The position numbers were made by a program, and so were the translations under genes. Shown here in pieces: positions 23,495 through 31,942 of a stretch of DNA of 32,916 nucleotides; position 1 is the first letter of the stretch; each line of letters starts with the position of its first letter. Origin of the DNA: an uncultured Nitrospina sp. (GTDB lineage: Bacteria > Nitrospinota > Nitrospinia > Nitrospinales > VA-1); NCBI GenBank assembly GCA_913044145.1, contig CAJWOD010000001.1, positions 1-32,916 on the forward strand, in the 5' to 3' direction. A model generated the notes under the pieces. That model saw only the letters and a list, made by a program, of their open reading frames with translations, was not told where the DNA came from and did not search any database.

Positions 23495-25501
23495 TTAAAC
23501 CGATCCAATTATTTTTTGTAATTCTTTTTCATCAAGAACAGTTATTTTAAGTGCTTTTGCCTTTGCTAATTTCGAGCCTGCATCTTTTCCTGCTACAAGA
23601 AAATCCGTTTTCCCCGAAACTGAGGATGTGACTCTTCCCCCCAATGATTCAATTTTTTGCTTAGCTTCATTCCGGGAGATATTTGATAAAGTCCCTGTAA
23701 GTACAAATTGCTTTCCAATCAAAACACCCTCTTTTCTTGCTTCGCCCTGCTCTTCTACTAAGACTCCCATGTTAGAAAGATTTTCTATATCTTGTAAATT
23801 AGTTTTCTGGTCAAAAAAACTTTTCAAGCTTTCGGCTATAACTGGGCCAATCTCAATTACAGATTCGATATCTTCGTAAGGTGTTGTTCTAAGGTTTTCA
23901 ATAGACCGAAAAGTTTCTGCAAGAATGGAGGCGGCTCTTTGTCCCACATGCCGCACTCCTAATCCAAAAAGCAATCTAGCTAAACCTGCTGACTTGCTTT
24001 TTTCTATTGCATCTATCAGATTTTGTGCAGATTTTTCAGCAAGCCGTTCAAGACTAGCTACTTCATCCTGTTTTAGAGTATACAAATCAGAAAAATTTTT
24101 AACACGGCCCGACTCCACCAATTGGGCTATTACAGCTGGACCCATATTGTCTATATCCATGGCATTGCGAGAAGCAAAATGCTTAAGGCGCTCTTTCAAC
24201 TGCGCCGGGCATGTCGCATTGATACACCTCCAAGCTGCTTCTCCTTCGGGTCTGAAAATTTTCATCTGGCACTCAGGACAAACGGTCGGCATTTTAAATG
24301 GTGCTTTCCGTTTAGCCTTAGGATCAACCAAGCGGACAACTTTAGGGATGATCTCTCCCGCCTTTTCTATAACAACTCGATCACCGACCCTTATGTCTTT
24401 TCGTTTGATTTCGTCTTCGTTATGCAATGTAGCGCGACTAACAGTAGATCCCGAAACAAAGACCGGCTCTAAATATGCAACAGGAGTAATGGAACCCGTC
24501 CTTCCAACCTGACATACGATTTCCAAAATCTCTGTTTCTACTTGTTCGGCTTCATATTTATAGGCCACCGCCCATCGTGGGAATTTAGATGTGTTCCCTA
24601 ATTTTTTTCTATAGGCTAGAGAGTTGAGCTGAATAACTAAACCATCTACTTCATAATCTAAATTATTCTTTTTTTGTCGCCATTCTTCGATGACAGCAAT
24701 TGTTTCTTCAAAATTGGAACACAAACGATTGTGTTCATTTATTGGAAACCTAAGAGACGCAAGTATTTGCTGCAACTCAAAATGAGTCTTGCAAACATTA
24801 TTATCCATAAAACCTACCGTATAAATAAATATTCCCAGCTTTCTCGAGTCGGTAATGGAGGGATCCAGCACCCTAAGAGCTCCTGCAGCAGCATTTCTTG
24901 GGTTGGCAAAAGGAGATTCCCCCTTCGTTTCCCGGATCGCATTTAACCTTTGGAATTCTTTTATCGGCATATAGACTTCGCCACGCACTTCGATTTTTTT
25001 AAAAGGTTCCGATGAAATTTCAAGAGGAATTGAACGAATAGTTTTCAGGTTTGCTGTAATGTCCTCACCCTGTTTTCCGTCTCCGCGTGTAGTACCACAC
25101 ACAAGTCTTCCATCTTCATAGGTAAGTGCTACAGCTAATCCATCAAATTTCAACTCAACAATATATTCAATGGAATCCTCTGCAACATCTGGTAGACCTT
25201 TTATTATGCGTTTGTGAAATGCACGTACCTCATCCACATTGTAAGTATTGTCCAGGCTGAGCATTGGGGTCGGATGCGTGATTTGCCGAAATCGTTGCTC
25301 TACTTTCCCGCCAACACGCTGGGTAGGGGAATCAGGCGTCACCCATTGCGGATATTTGCTTTCTAGTTCTTTAAGACGGTGATAGAGAGAGTCGTATTCC
25401 CTATCAGAAATGCTAGGAGAGTTTTTGACGTAATAATGATGGTCATGCACATGTATCGTTTTTCTTAATGATTCAATTTCCTTTTTATCCGCTTCTTTCA
25501 T
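23495..25501 (-). CDS. ligA: NAD+-dependent DNA ligase
   Basis: 668 aa. The adenylation motif is VELKFDGLAV (KxDG). The Cys4 zinc finger is CPECQ...CINATCPAQ. HhH repeats and a C-terminal BRCT domain (FVLTGTL...GGRVTSSVSGKTDFLVAG) are present. Confidence 0.93.
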   Translation of the reverse strand: MKEADKKEIESLRKTIHVHDHHYYVKNSPSISDREYDSLYHRLKELESKYPQWVTPDSPTQRVGGKVEQRFRQITHPTPMLSLDNTYNVDEVRAFHKRIIKGLPDVAEDSIEYIVELKFDGLAVALTYEDGRLVCGTTRGDGKQGEDITANLKTIRSIPLEISSEPFKKIEVRGEVYMPIKEFQRLNAIRETKGESPFANPRNAAAGALRVLDPSITDSRKLGIFIYTVGFMDNNVCKTHFELQQILASLRFPINEHNRLCSNFEETIAVIEEWRQKKNNLDYEVDGLVIQLNSLAYRKKLGNTSKFPRWAVAYKYEAEQVETEILEIVCQVGRTGSITPVAYLEPVFVSGSTVSRATLHNEDEIKRKDIRVGDRVVIEKAGEIIPKVVRLVDPKAKRKAPFKMPTVCPECQMKIFRPEGEAAWRCINATCPAQLKERLKHFASRNAMDIDNMGPAVIAQLVESGRVKNFSDLYTLKQDEVASLERLAEKSAQNLIDAIEKSKSAGLARLLFGLGVRHVGQRAASILAETFRSIENLRTTPYEDIESVIEIGPVIAESLKSFFDQKTNLQDIENLSNMGVLVEEQGEARKEGVLIGKQFVLTGTLSNISRNEAKQKIESLGGRVTSSVSGKTDFLVAGKDAGSKLAKAKALKITVLDEKELQKIIGSV

Positions 25502-25502
25502 T

Positions 25503-26870
25503 TTAAGGTTCCAGCGTCACATAATATCCCTGCCGCCCTCTTTGTACCAGCAGCAAAATACGATCTGGGTTATTTAGATTAGCGATGGATTTATTATAAT
25601 CCTCTTCAGTATCAATACGATCTTGATCCACTTGCCGGATAACATCTCCTGGGCCAATTCCTATTCTATCGCTAGCACTTTTAGATACTACATTAACGAC
25701 CACCATCCCTTTGCTGGTTCCCAAGCGATTTCTCCTAGCAAAATGTGGGTTATTTTGCTGAACCTGTAGACCTAGCCAGTCACGCGTAAACTCTGCAACA
25801 TACTGTTTTGGAATTGAGATAACTTGGACATCGACCTCTAGGTTTTTCCCATTTCGCAAAATTGAAAAGCGAACTTTATCGTCGACAGCATAAGAAGCCA
25901 TTCGGGCATGAAAGTCAGATTTGTTTATCACTTCGTGATTTTCAATTGCCAAAATTATATCGCTGCGCTTTATCCCTGCAACCTCTGCTGGGCTTTTCCG
26001 AGCAATACGAACCACCAACACCCCTTTTTTTCGATCGAGTTGAAAGTGGCGGGATAGTTGCGCATCCATTCCCTGTACCGATACTCCCAACCAACCTCGT
26101 CGCACTTTTCCAAATCGAATCAGTTCATCAACAATTCGTTTAGCATCGTCAATGGGGATGGCAAAACCAATGCCTTCTGCCTTATGGTAAATGGCCGTAT
26201 TTATACCAATTAAGGATCCATTGATATTTAAAAGAGGGCCACCACTGTTCCCGGGGTTGATAGATGCGTCCACCTGAATAAAATCGCTGTACACCTTATT
26301 TTTATCAACTCTTATATTTCTATTTAAGGCACTGATTATTCCGGTCGTCACGGTATGGCGCAAACCAAATGGGTTTCCAATGGCAAGAACTTGTTCGCCT
26401 ATCATCAAATCGTCAGAACGTCCCATTGGGATAAAAGGTAAAAACTGATCGGAATCTATTTTAATAATTGCAAGATCAGATTTCATGTCCGCCCCTATCA
26501 CTCGCGCCTTAAACTCCCGTTTATCACCCAAAGCCACATTAATTTCTGATGCCCGTGCCACGACATGCTCGTTGGTAATAATATATCCTTCTTTATTTAT
26601 AAGGACTCCTGAACCCAGACTTTTTTTATTGTTTTGATTTTGTGAAAAGAAATCGTTAAAAAATTGGTCAAAAATATTATTTCCAAAATTTCTAAAAGGA
26701 TTACGAGGGGAACGACCCGTTTCAGAGGTATAAATATTTACAACGGCGGGGCTTACTTTTTCTGCAGCGACAACAAGGGGTGTTCTGCGCTTATTTAACT
26801 CCCTTGCCAGACCGGAGGACGCATCAAGCAAAACGAAACACAAAAAAAACCAAAGCCAATAGATGCGCAC
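25503..26870 (-). CDS. htrA: HtrA/DegP-family periplasmic serine protease with two PDZ domains (paralogue 1)
   Basis: It has a signal peptide and the catalytic triad contexts TNEHVV, SDLAIIKI and GNSGGPLLN. Two PDZ-like regions are present (RRGWLGV..., WLGLQV...). It has a GTG start. The stop lies 1 nt before the ligA ATG. Confidence 0.85.
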   Translation of the reverse strand: MRIYWLWFFLCFVLLDASSGLARELNKRRTPLVVAAEKVSPAVVNIYTSETGRSPRNPFRNFGNNIFDQFFNDFFSQNQNNKKSLGSGVLINKEGYIITNEHVVARASEINVALGDKREFKARVIGADMKSDLAIIKIDSDQFLPFIPMGRSDDLMIGEQVLAIGNPFGLRHTVTTGIISALNRNIRVDKNKVYSDFIQVDASINPGNSGGPLLNINGSLIGINTAIYHKAEGIGFAIPIDDAKRIVDELIRFGKVRRGWLGVSVQGMDAQLSRHFQLDRKKGVLVVRIARKSPAEVAGIKRSDIILAIENHEVINKSDFHARMASYAVDDKVRFSILRNGKNLEVDVQVISIPKQYVAEFTRDWLGLQVQQNNPHFARRNRLGTSKGMVVVNVVSKSASDRIGIGPGDVIRQVDQDRIDTEEDYNKSIANLNNPDRILLLVQRGRQGYYVTLEP

Positions 26871-26901
26871 GTTAATATAAAAAAGAAGTTATAAGTAATT
26901 T

Positions 26902-26934
26902 GTAGGGAAAGCCAGATAGTCTAGCTTTCCCTAC
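26902..26934 (-). terminator. Strong intercistronic hairpin between the two HtrA genes (terminator/attenuator or mRNA-stability element)
   Basis: An 11-bp perfect stem pairs GTAGGGAAAGC (26902..26912) with GCTTTCCCTAC (26924..26934), with an 11-nt loop. No U-run follows immediately on the minus strand, so it is not a canonical intrinsic terminator. Confidence 0.45.
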
Positions 26935-26956
26935 TTTATCTTAGACAAGATATCTT

Positions 26957-28429
26957 CTATCCAACTTTAACAGCTATATAAATGGTTGTGCCCCCCCTTT
27001 TAACAAGAAATAGAACAGAATCACCTGTTTTTATAGAGCCCGATAAACGTTCGTAATCTTTCATGTTAGTGATGGGGTTACGATTCATTTCTGAAATAAC
27101 ATCTCCTCGGCGAATTCCAGACTCTGCGGCAGAGTTGCCTGGTGTCACATCAGAAACTAAAACACCCTGATCATCTTTTAACTGTAGGCTTTTTGCCAAT
27201 TCCGGGGTAATCTCTTGAACTTGCATACCTAGGGGATCTGTTTTGGCCAATACAGTAGGTTGCTTGTCCGTAAGAGTTTCAATTTTTATACTCAAAGTTT
27301 TAGGAGAACCTTCACGGACAATCTCTACATTCACAACCGAATTGGGAGTTGTTGCGGCAACTATTTTTGGCAAGTCTTCCATATTTTTTACTTCTTTACC
27401 ATCAAACCTTACAATGACATCACCCCGCTTGATCCCTCCCTTGAATGCTGGACCATCTGGTATAACATCTCCTACCAAGGCTCCTTCACTCTGATTTAGC
27501 CCAAACGATTTGGCAAGTTCAGGGGTAATTTTTTGAATCATAACTCCTAGCCAGCCACGGGTTACCGTTCCTTTCTCCTTCAAGTCTTTTAAAATTCCCT
27601 TTGCAATATTAATAGGTATGGCAAATCCAATACCCACATTACCACCGCTATTACCTGAGATAATCGCAGTATTAATTCCGATTACTTCACCTTCTATATT
27701 AATCAAAGGGCCGCCGCTATTACCAGGGTTAATTGATGCATCAGTCTGTATAAATTCATCATAGGGACCCGCGCCAATACTTCTTCCTAAAGCACTCACT
27801 ACTCCTACTGTAACGGTATGGCTAAGACCAAAAGGATTTCCAATGGCCACGACCCATTCACCTACTTCAAGATGTTCAGAGCTTCCTAATCTCAAAAATG
27901 GAAATTCTTTAGGGGTATTTTCATCACGATTAATCTTAATTAAAGCAATATCAGTTTTAGTGTCAGCACCGATCAAGGTGGCGGTATATTCTTTTTCGCT
28001 ACCCCCATCCTCCAGGCTAACGATGATCTCCTCCGCTCCTTCTATTACATGATTGTTAGTGAGGATATGACCTTCTTTATCTATTACAAACCCTGACCCC
28101 ATGCCGCGTTTGGGTTTTTGGTTAGGTCGTTCCCCAAAAAACTTGTCATAAAAATCGCGAAAAGAGTCAGGTGAACGTCTCTGACCGGGACCTGGTCGGC
28201 CACCTCCAGGAGGACGAAAATTCCTGTGTGTTTTTTCTATTTTTGATTTTGTGCTGACATTTACCACTGCGGGATCCAGCTTCTTAGCAATATTCACGAA
28301 TAAGTTGCTTGAGAGTGGTTGTGCAGTACTGCTCAATGCAAACGAATATTTAGGGGTGGAAATTATGGAAAAGATAAAAAGAAAAATTGTGCCGGCTGAA
28401 CGAAAAAAAAGATGGAAAGATTTGTGCAT
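26957..28429 (-). CDS. htrA: HtrA/DegP-family periplasmic serine protease with two PDZ domains (paralogue 2)
   Basis: 490 aa with a signal peptide. The triad contexts are TNNHVI, TDIALIKI and GNSGGPLIN. There are two PDZ domains (RGWLGVMIQ..., PLGMQVQE...). Confidence 0.88.
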   Translation of the reverse strand: MHKSFHLFFRSAGTIFLFIFSIISTPKYSFALSSTAQPLSSNLFVNIAKKLDPAVVNVSTKSKIEKTHRNFRPPGGGRPGPGQRRSPDSFRDFYDKFFGERPNQKPKRGMGSGFVIDKEGHILTNNHVIEGAEEIIVSLEDGGSEKEYTATLIGADTKTDIALIKINRDENTPKEFPFLRLGSSEHLEVGEWVVAIGNPFGLSHTVTVGVVSALGRSIGAGPYDEFIQTDASINPGNSGGPLINIEGEVIGINTAIISGNSGGNVGIGFAIPINIAKGILKDLKEKGTVTRGWLGVMIQKITPELAKSFGLNQSEGALVGDVIPDGPAFKGGIKRGDVIVRFDGKEVKNMEDLPKIVAATTPNSVVNVEIVREGSPKTLSIKIETLTDKQPTVLAKTDPLGMQVQEITPELAKSLQLKDDQGVLVSDVTPGNSAAESGIRRGDVISEMNRNPITNMKDYERLSGSIKTGDSVLFLVKRGGTTIYIAVKVG

Positions 28430-28744
28430 TTTTATTAACCCTCAATTGTATAAACTTAAAATTTATTTTCGCATATAAAATATCCGTGTTTAGAAAATCG
28501 GCCTAAAAACACACATATATTATGATCAACTCTATCCGGTCGATATTAAACTGTAGTTAAATGACGATTAAATATTTTTAATCCAGGAAATAATCGCCCT
28601 ATATTAATAATCCAACTTAAATAGCGGATATTTATAAGGGAAAAAAGAGTTATTAGTAATTATATAATGTTCTTTTTGCCATTTACAACCTCAAAACCCC
28701 CAGCACAAACTTCCTAACCATACTTTAACTTTGAAATTTAGATA

Positions 28745-28773
28745 TTGACTCAAAATAACAGATAAATGATAAT
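28745..28773 (+). promoter_or_regulatory. Candidate sigma70-type promoter for the DUF2065 operon (TTGACT-N17-GATAAT)
   Basis: TTGACT is at 28745..28750, followed by a 17-nt spacer and GATAAT at 28768..28773. It lies about 140 nt upstream of the ATG at 28913. Pattern only. Confidence 0.3.
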
Positions 28774-28912
28774 CAAAGACAGTATAGGCCATCCTGAAGG
28801 ACTGCTACTTTCTGTTAACATGAGCACATTATAAGTCCAGCACGAAAACCAAGGGTTTTATTCGCAAGTATTTTGTGTTTATTAAATGTGAAAAACATAG
28901 TCGTATTCGGTT

Positions 28913-29107
28913 ATGAATTTTTTTCTTTCCGCATTAGGTCTAATGATGGTATTCGAAGGAATTCCCTACTTTTGTTTTCCCAAAAAAGTAAAATCTTATG
29001 CACAAAAATTGCCAGAGATACCTGATTCTACATTAAGAGTAATTGGTTTTTTTTTAATGATGATAGGATTACTGGTTGTGTATTTAGGAGGTGCTAAAAA
29101 TGGTTAA
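28913..29107 (+). CDS. DUF2065 (YjeT-like) small membrane protein
   Basis: 64 aa with two hydrophobic helices. ALGLMMVFEGIPYFCFPKKVKSYAQKLPEIPDSTLRVIGFFLMMIGLLVVY parallels E. coli YjeT (LVLEGLGPMLYPKAW...LPDNILRRFGG...) as I recall it. Confidence 0.68.
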   Translation: MNFFLSALGLMMVFEGIPYFCFPKKVKSYAQKLPEIPDSTLRVIGFFLMMIGLLVVYLGGAKNG

Positions 29108-29525
29108 GTCTGCAGTGCTATCATTATTTTTATTGTTATTTTATGGATGTGCAGAATGGGATTTAGGGTTGGACGCTAAAAATGATAAGGCTCCACCACC
29201 CCCCCCTGTCCAGGTAACCGCCTACCCTTTTTCTGACATACCTATTCCTTCTGGTTTTTCTCGGGATGATTCCAAGTCGTTTATTTATGAATCGGGTTCA
29301 GGAGCAGTTAAAGTAGCAAAGATTATTTTTTCTGGTTGGGAAAATCTGGACCAAGTCATCACTTTCTACCAAAACGAAATGTTAAATAATGGGTGGACTC
29401 CCGGCCCCTCTATCAGGGATAAAATTTACATCCTGAATTATGATAAAGAAGGCTGGACCGCCACCGTTACCCTTAGTTCCAATTATGGAAAAACCATTAT
29501 AGGAATTCAGGCCGGGCCTAAATAA
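29100..29525 (+). CDS. Lipoprotein, unknown function
   Basis: It has a signal peptide with a lipobox (LLFYGC), followed by a proline run (APPPPPV). The ATG at 29100 is preceded by the SD GGAGG (29087..29091). The track ORF starts at a GTG at 29091. It overlaps the DUF2065 stop by 8 nt (ATGGTTAA). Confidence 0.6.
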   Translation: MVKSAVLSLFLLLFYGCAEWDLGLDAKNDKAPPPPPVQVTAYPFSDIPIPSGFSRDDSKSFIYESGSGAVKVAKIIFSGWENLDQVITFYQNEMLNNGWTPGPSIRDKIYILNYDKEGWTATVTLSSNYGKTIIGIQAGPK

Positions 29526-29553
29526 CCGGGTATTTTATGGCGAATAACTAACC

Positions 29554-30294
29554 ATGCCCGACCAATTCCCAAAGCAACTACTACTTAATTTTCCTGCACA
29601 TCCAGAATTTAATTTTTCAAATTTTGTAATTTCACAGGGTTCACGTTTCGCTTTTGAAGCAGCTAAGAATTTTTGCACCCAAAGTGAAACACTCTTCCAT
29701 TCGCTTTTTCTATTTGGCCCAGAAAATCTAGGCAAAACCCATTTGTTGCTCTCTATCGGAAACCTTGTAGTAGAAAGAGGTGCACGTGCTATTTATATTA
29801 AAGGTGGAGATTTTAAAAAAAAAATAGGTGAAGGAAAATCCTTACAGGAGCAACAAACGCAATTATTGAATGTAGATTATTTTCTATTAGATGACGTTGA
29901 GGAAATGGCTTCATCTACTGCCGCTCAAGAAAAGCTGTATAACATCTACAACACCATTATTGACAATGGGGGCAAAGTTGCCTTCACAAGTAGTTCCTCT
30001 CCGGAAAGAATTAAGAATGCGGAAAATTATTTAACATCCAGATTTCAATGGGGTATGTTGGCAGAAATAAAATCCATAGATGATGAAACAACTTCTAAAA
30101 TTATACAGAAGCTAGCCAATGATATTAGCCTGACATTGCCAAAAAGTATTATTAATTATTTATTAACACGAATTCCGCGAGACTTTATATCTATACAAAA
30201 TGCGATTTCTACCATAAATCAAGAGTCTTATATTCAGAAAAAAAAGGTGACCTTACCTCTGGTAAAAGATGCCCTTATAAAATACCTTGACTAG
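29554..30294 (+). CDS. hda: DnaA-related AAA+ protein lacking a DNA-binding domain (Hda-like regulatory inactivator of DnaA)
   Basis: 246 aa. The N-terminal QLLLNFP resembles the beta-clamp-binding motif (QL[SP]LPL). Walker A is GPENLGKTH and Walker B is YFLLDDVE. LTSRFQWGMLAEI parallels Hda LASRLDWG. No DnaA domain IV is present. Confidence 0.65.
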   Translation: MPDQFPKQLLLNFPAHPEFNFSNFVISQGSRFAFEAAKNFCTQSETLFHSLFLFGPENLGKTHLLLSIGNLVVERGARAIYIKGGDFKKKIGEGKSLQEQQTQLLNVDYFLLDDVEEMASSTAAQEKLYNIYNTIIDNGGKVAFTSSSSPERIKNAENYLTSRFQWGMLAEIKSIDDETTSKIIQKLANDISLTLPKSIINYLLTRIPRDFISIQNAISTINQESYIQKKKVTLPLVKDALIKYLD

Positions 30295-31942
30295 TAAAAA
30301 AACTTGCAATATTGCCAGTAGCCTGGAGCGGTGGGCTGATGAAAAACCCGATTCTCCTGCTATTATAGAAGTGTCCAGTGGAAAGCAAAAAACCTTTAAA
30401 GAACTTGAGAGTGAAAGTAGTCTTCTGGCTTCGGGCCTTGTTCAGTATGGAATGAAACCAGGAAATCGGGTTTTGTTAATGATTCCCTATGGAATAGATT
30501 TTGTAATATTGGCTTTTGCTATGTTCAAGGCTGGCCTGGTTTCGGTGCTAATCGACCCTGGTTTGGGGAAAATAAATCTTCTTAAATGTATCAAACAAAT
30601 ACAACCACAGGGAATGATTGCTATTTCACTTGCGCATGCAATTAGAAAACTTATACCAACCATTTTTAAATCCATAGAACATAATGTAACCGTTGGCAAA
30701 AGATGGTTTTGGGGCGGAATCACTCTAAAGCAGTTACAAGGCTCAAGGCAAATGGGTTTTAAATTGGCCTCAATGGATGAGGAAGATGCTGCAGCAATTC
30801 TCTTCACTAGTGGTAGTACAGGTCCCGCAAAAGGTGTTTTATATACTCATGGAATATTCAACCATCAGGTAAGAGTTCTTCAGGAGCAATTTAATATTCA
30901 AAATGATGAAATCGATCTCCCCACATTCCCTCTTTTTGGTTTATTCAACAGTGGTTTAGGGGTTACAAGTATAATCCCTGAAATGGATGCCACTCGACCC
31001 GCACACGTGGAACCGAACAACATTATTGGTCCAATAAATGATTTTAAAATTTCCAGTAGTTTTGGATCGCCTGCTTTATGGGATACGGTTAGTCAATTTT
31101 GTCGAAATAAAAATATTCAACTTCCCACTTTAAAACGCATAATTATGGCCGGAGCCCCTGTTTCTGGAAAACTAATCAATCGATTTGGCAGCATTGTAAC
31201 GGATGAGTGTAAAATTCACACCCCGTACGGAGCAACAGAAGCCTTACCAGTTTCCTTAATTGATCGACAAGAAATTTTAGAACAAACCTGGCAGTTCTCT
31301 AATAAAGGCGAAGGAATTTGTGTGGGGCGTGCAATACCTAAAGTTGAAATAAGAATAATAGCAATTTCAGACCATCCTATTTTGAAATGGGAAGAGGCCA
31401 TCCAACTTACCCCAAATACGGTGGGAGAAATTGTCATCAAGGCCCCATGGGCAACCCGAACCTACTACAATCGAGAAGATCTAACAAAACTTGCCAAGAT
31501 TAAAGATGGGAATTCATTCTGGCATCGAATGGGTGATGTGGGAAGACTAGATGAAAAAAATAGGCTCTGGTTTTATGGTAGAAAAAATCAAAGAGTGGTC
31601 ACCGGAGTCAAAACCCTTTACACCATTCCCTGTGAAGCTATTTTCAATCAACATCCTGAAGTTAAACGTTCCGCCTTAGTAGGGATAGGCGCACGCAACA
31701 AACAGGAGCCGGTAATAGTTATTGAACCTAAAAACCCAAAAAGATTAAAATCGTCCGTGGTTCTAAATAAGTTTAAAGAAGAGCTATTAGAACTTGGAAC
31801 AAGAACCACTCTCACACAGCCCATAAAAAAAATACTTTTTTATCCAAAATTTCCGGTTGATGTGCGGCACAATGCAAAAATCTACCGCGAGAAACTTTCA
31901 CTTTGGGCAGAAAAGCAGCAATCAAACTTTAGAAATTTTTAG
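30287..31942 (+). CDS. AMP-dependent synthetase/ligase, OleC-like (fatty-acid CoA ligase / beta-lactone synthetase family)
   Basis: The adenylation motifs are ILFTSGSTGPAKGVLYTH, TPYGATEA, GDVGRLDEKNRLWFYGRK and the C-terminal DVRHNAKIYREKL. FAMFKAGLVSVLIDPGLG and PTFPLFGLF resemble OleC-type family signatures as I recall them. The TTG start overlaps the hda stop. Confidence 0.72.
   Translation: MTSKKTCNIASSLERWADEKPDSPAIIEVSSGKQKTFKELESESSLLASGLVQYGMKPGNRVLLMIPYGIDFVILAFAMFKAGLVSVLIDPGLGKINLLKCIKQIQPQGMIAISLAHAIRKLIPTIFKSIEHNVTVGKRWFWGGITLKQLQGSRQMGFKLASMDEEDAAAILFTSGSTGPAKGVLYTHGIFNHQVRVLQEQFNIQNDEIDLPTFPLFGLFNSGLGVTSIIPEMDATRPAHVEPNNIIGPINDFKISSSFGSPALWDTVSQFCRNKNIQLPTLKRIIMAGAPVSGKLINRFGSIVTDECKIHTPYGATEALPVSLIDRQEILEQTWQFSNKGEGICVGRAIPKVEIRIIAISDHPILKWEEAIQLTPNTVGEIVIKAPWATRTYYNREDLTKLAKIKDGNSFWHRMGDVGRLDEKNRLWFYGRKNQRVVTGVKTLYTIPCEAIFNQHPEVKRSALVGIGARNKQEPVIVIEPKNPKRLKSSVVLNKFKEELLELGTRTTLTQPIKKILFYPKFPVDVRHNAKIYREKLSLWAEKQQSNFRNF

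Noticed and set aside
23628-24946. Plus-strand ORFs antisense to ligA (for example 23925..24512, 195 aa)
   Set aside because: They are shadow ORFs rich in Ser/Arg/Leu, lying inside a fully motif-supported ligA.
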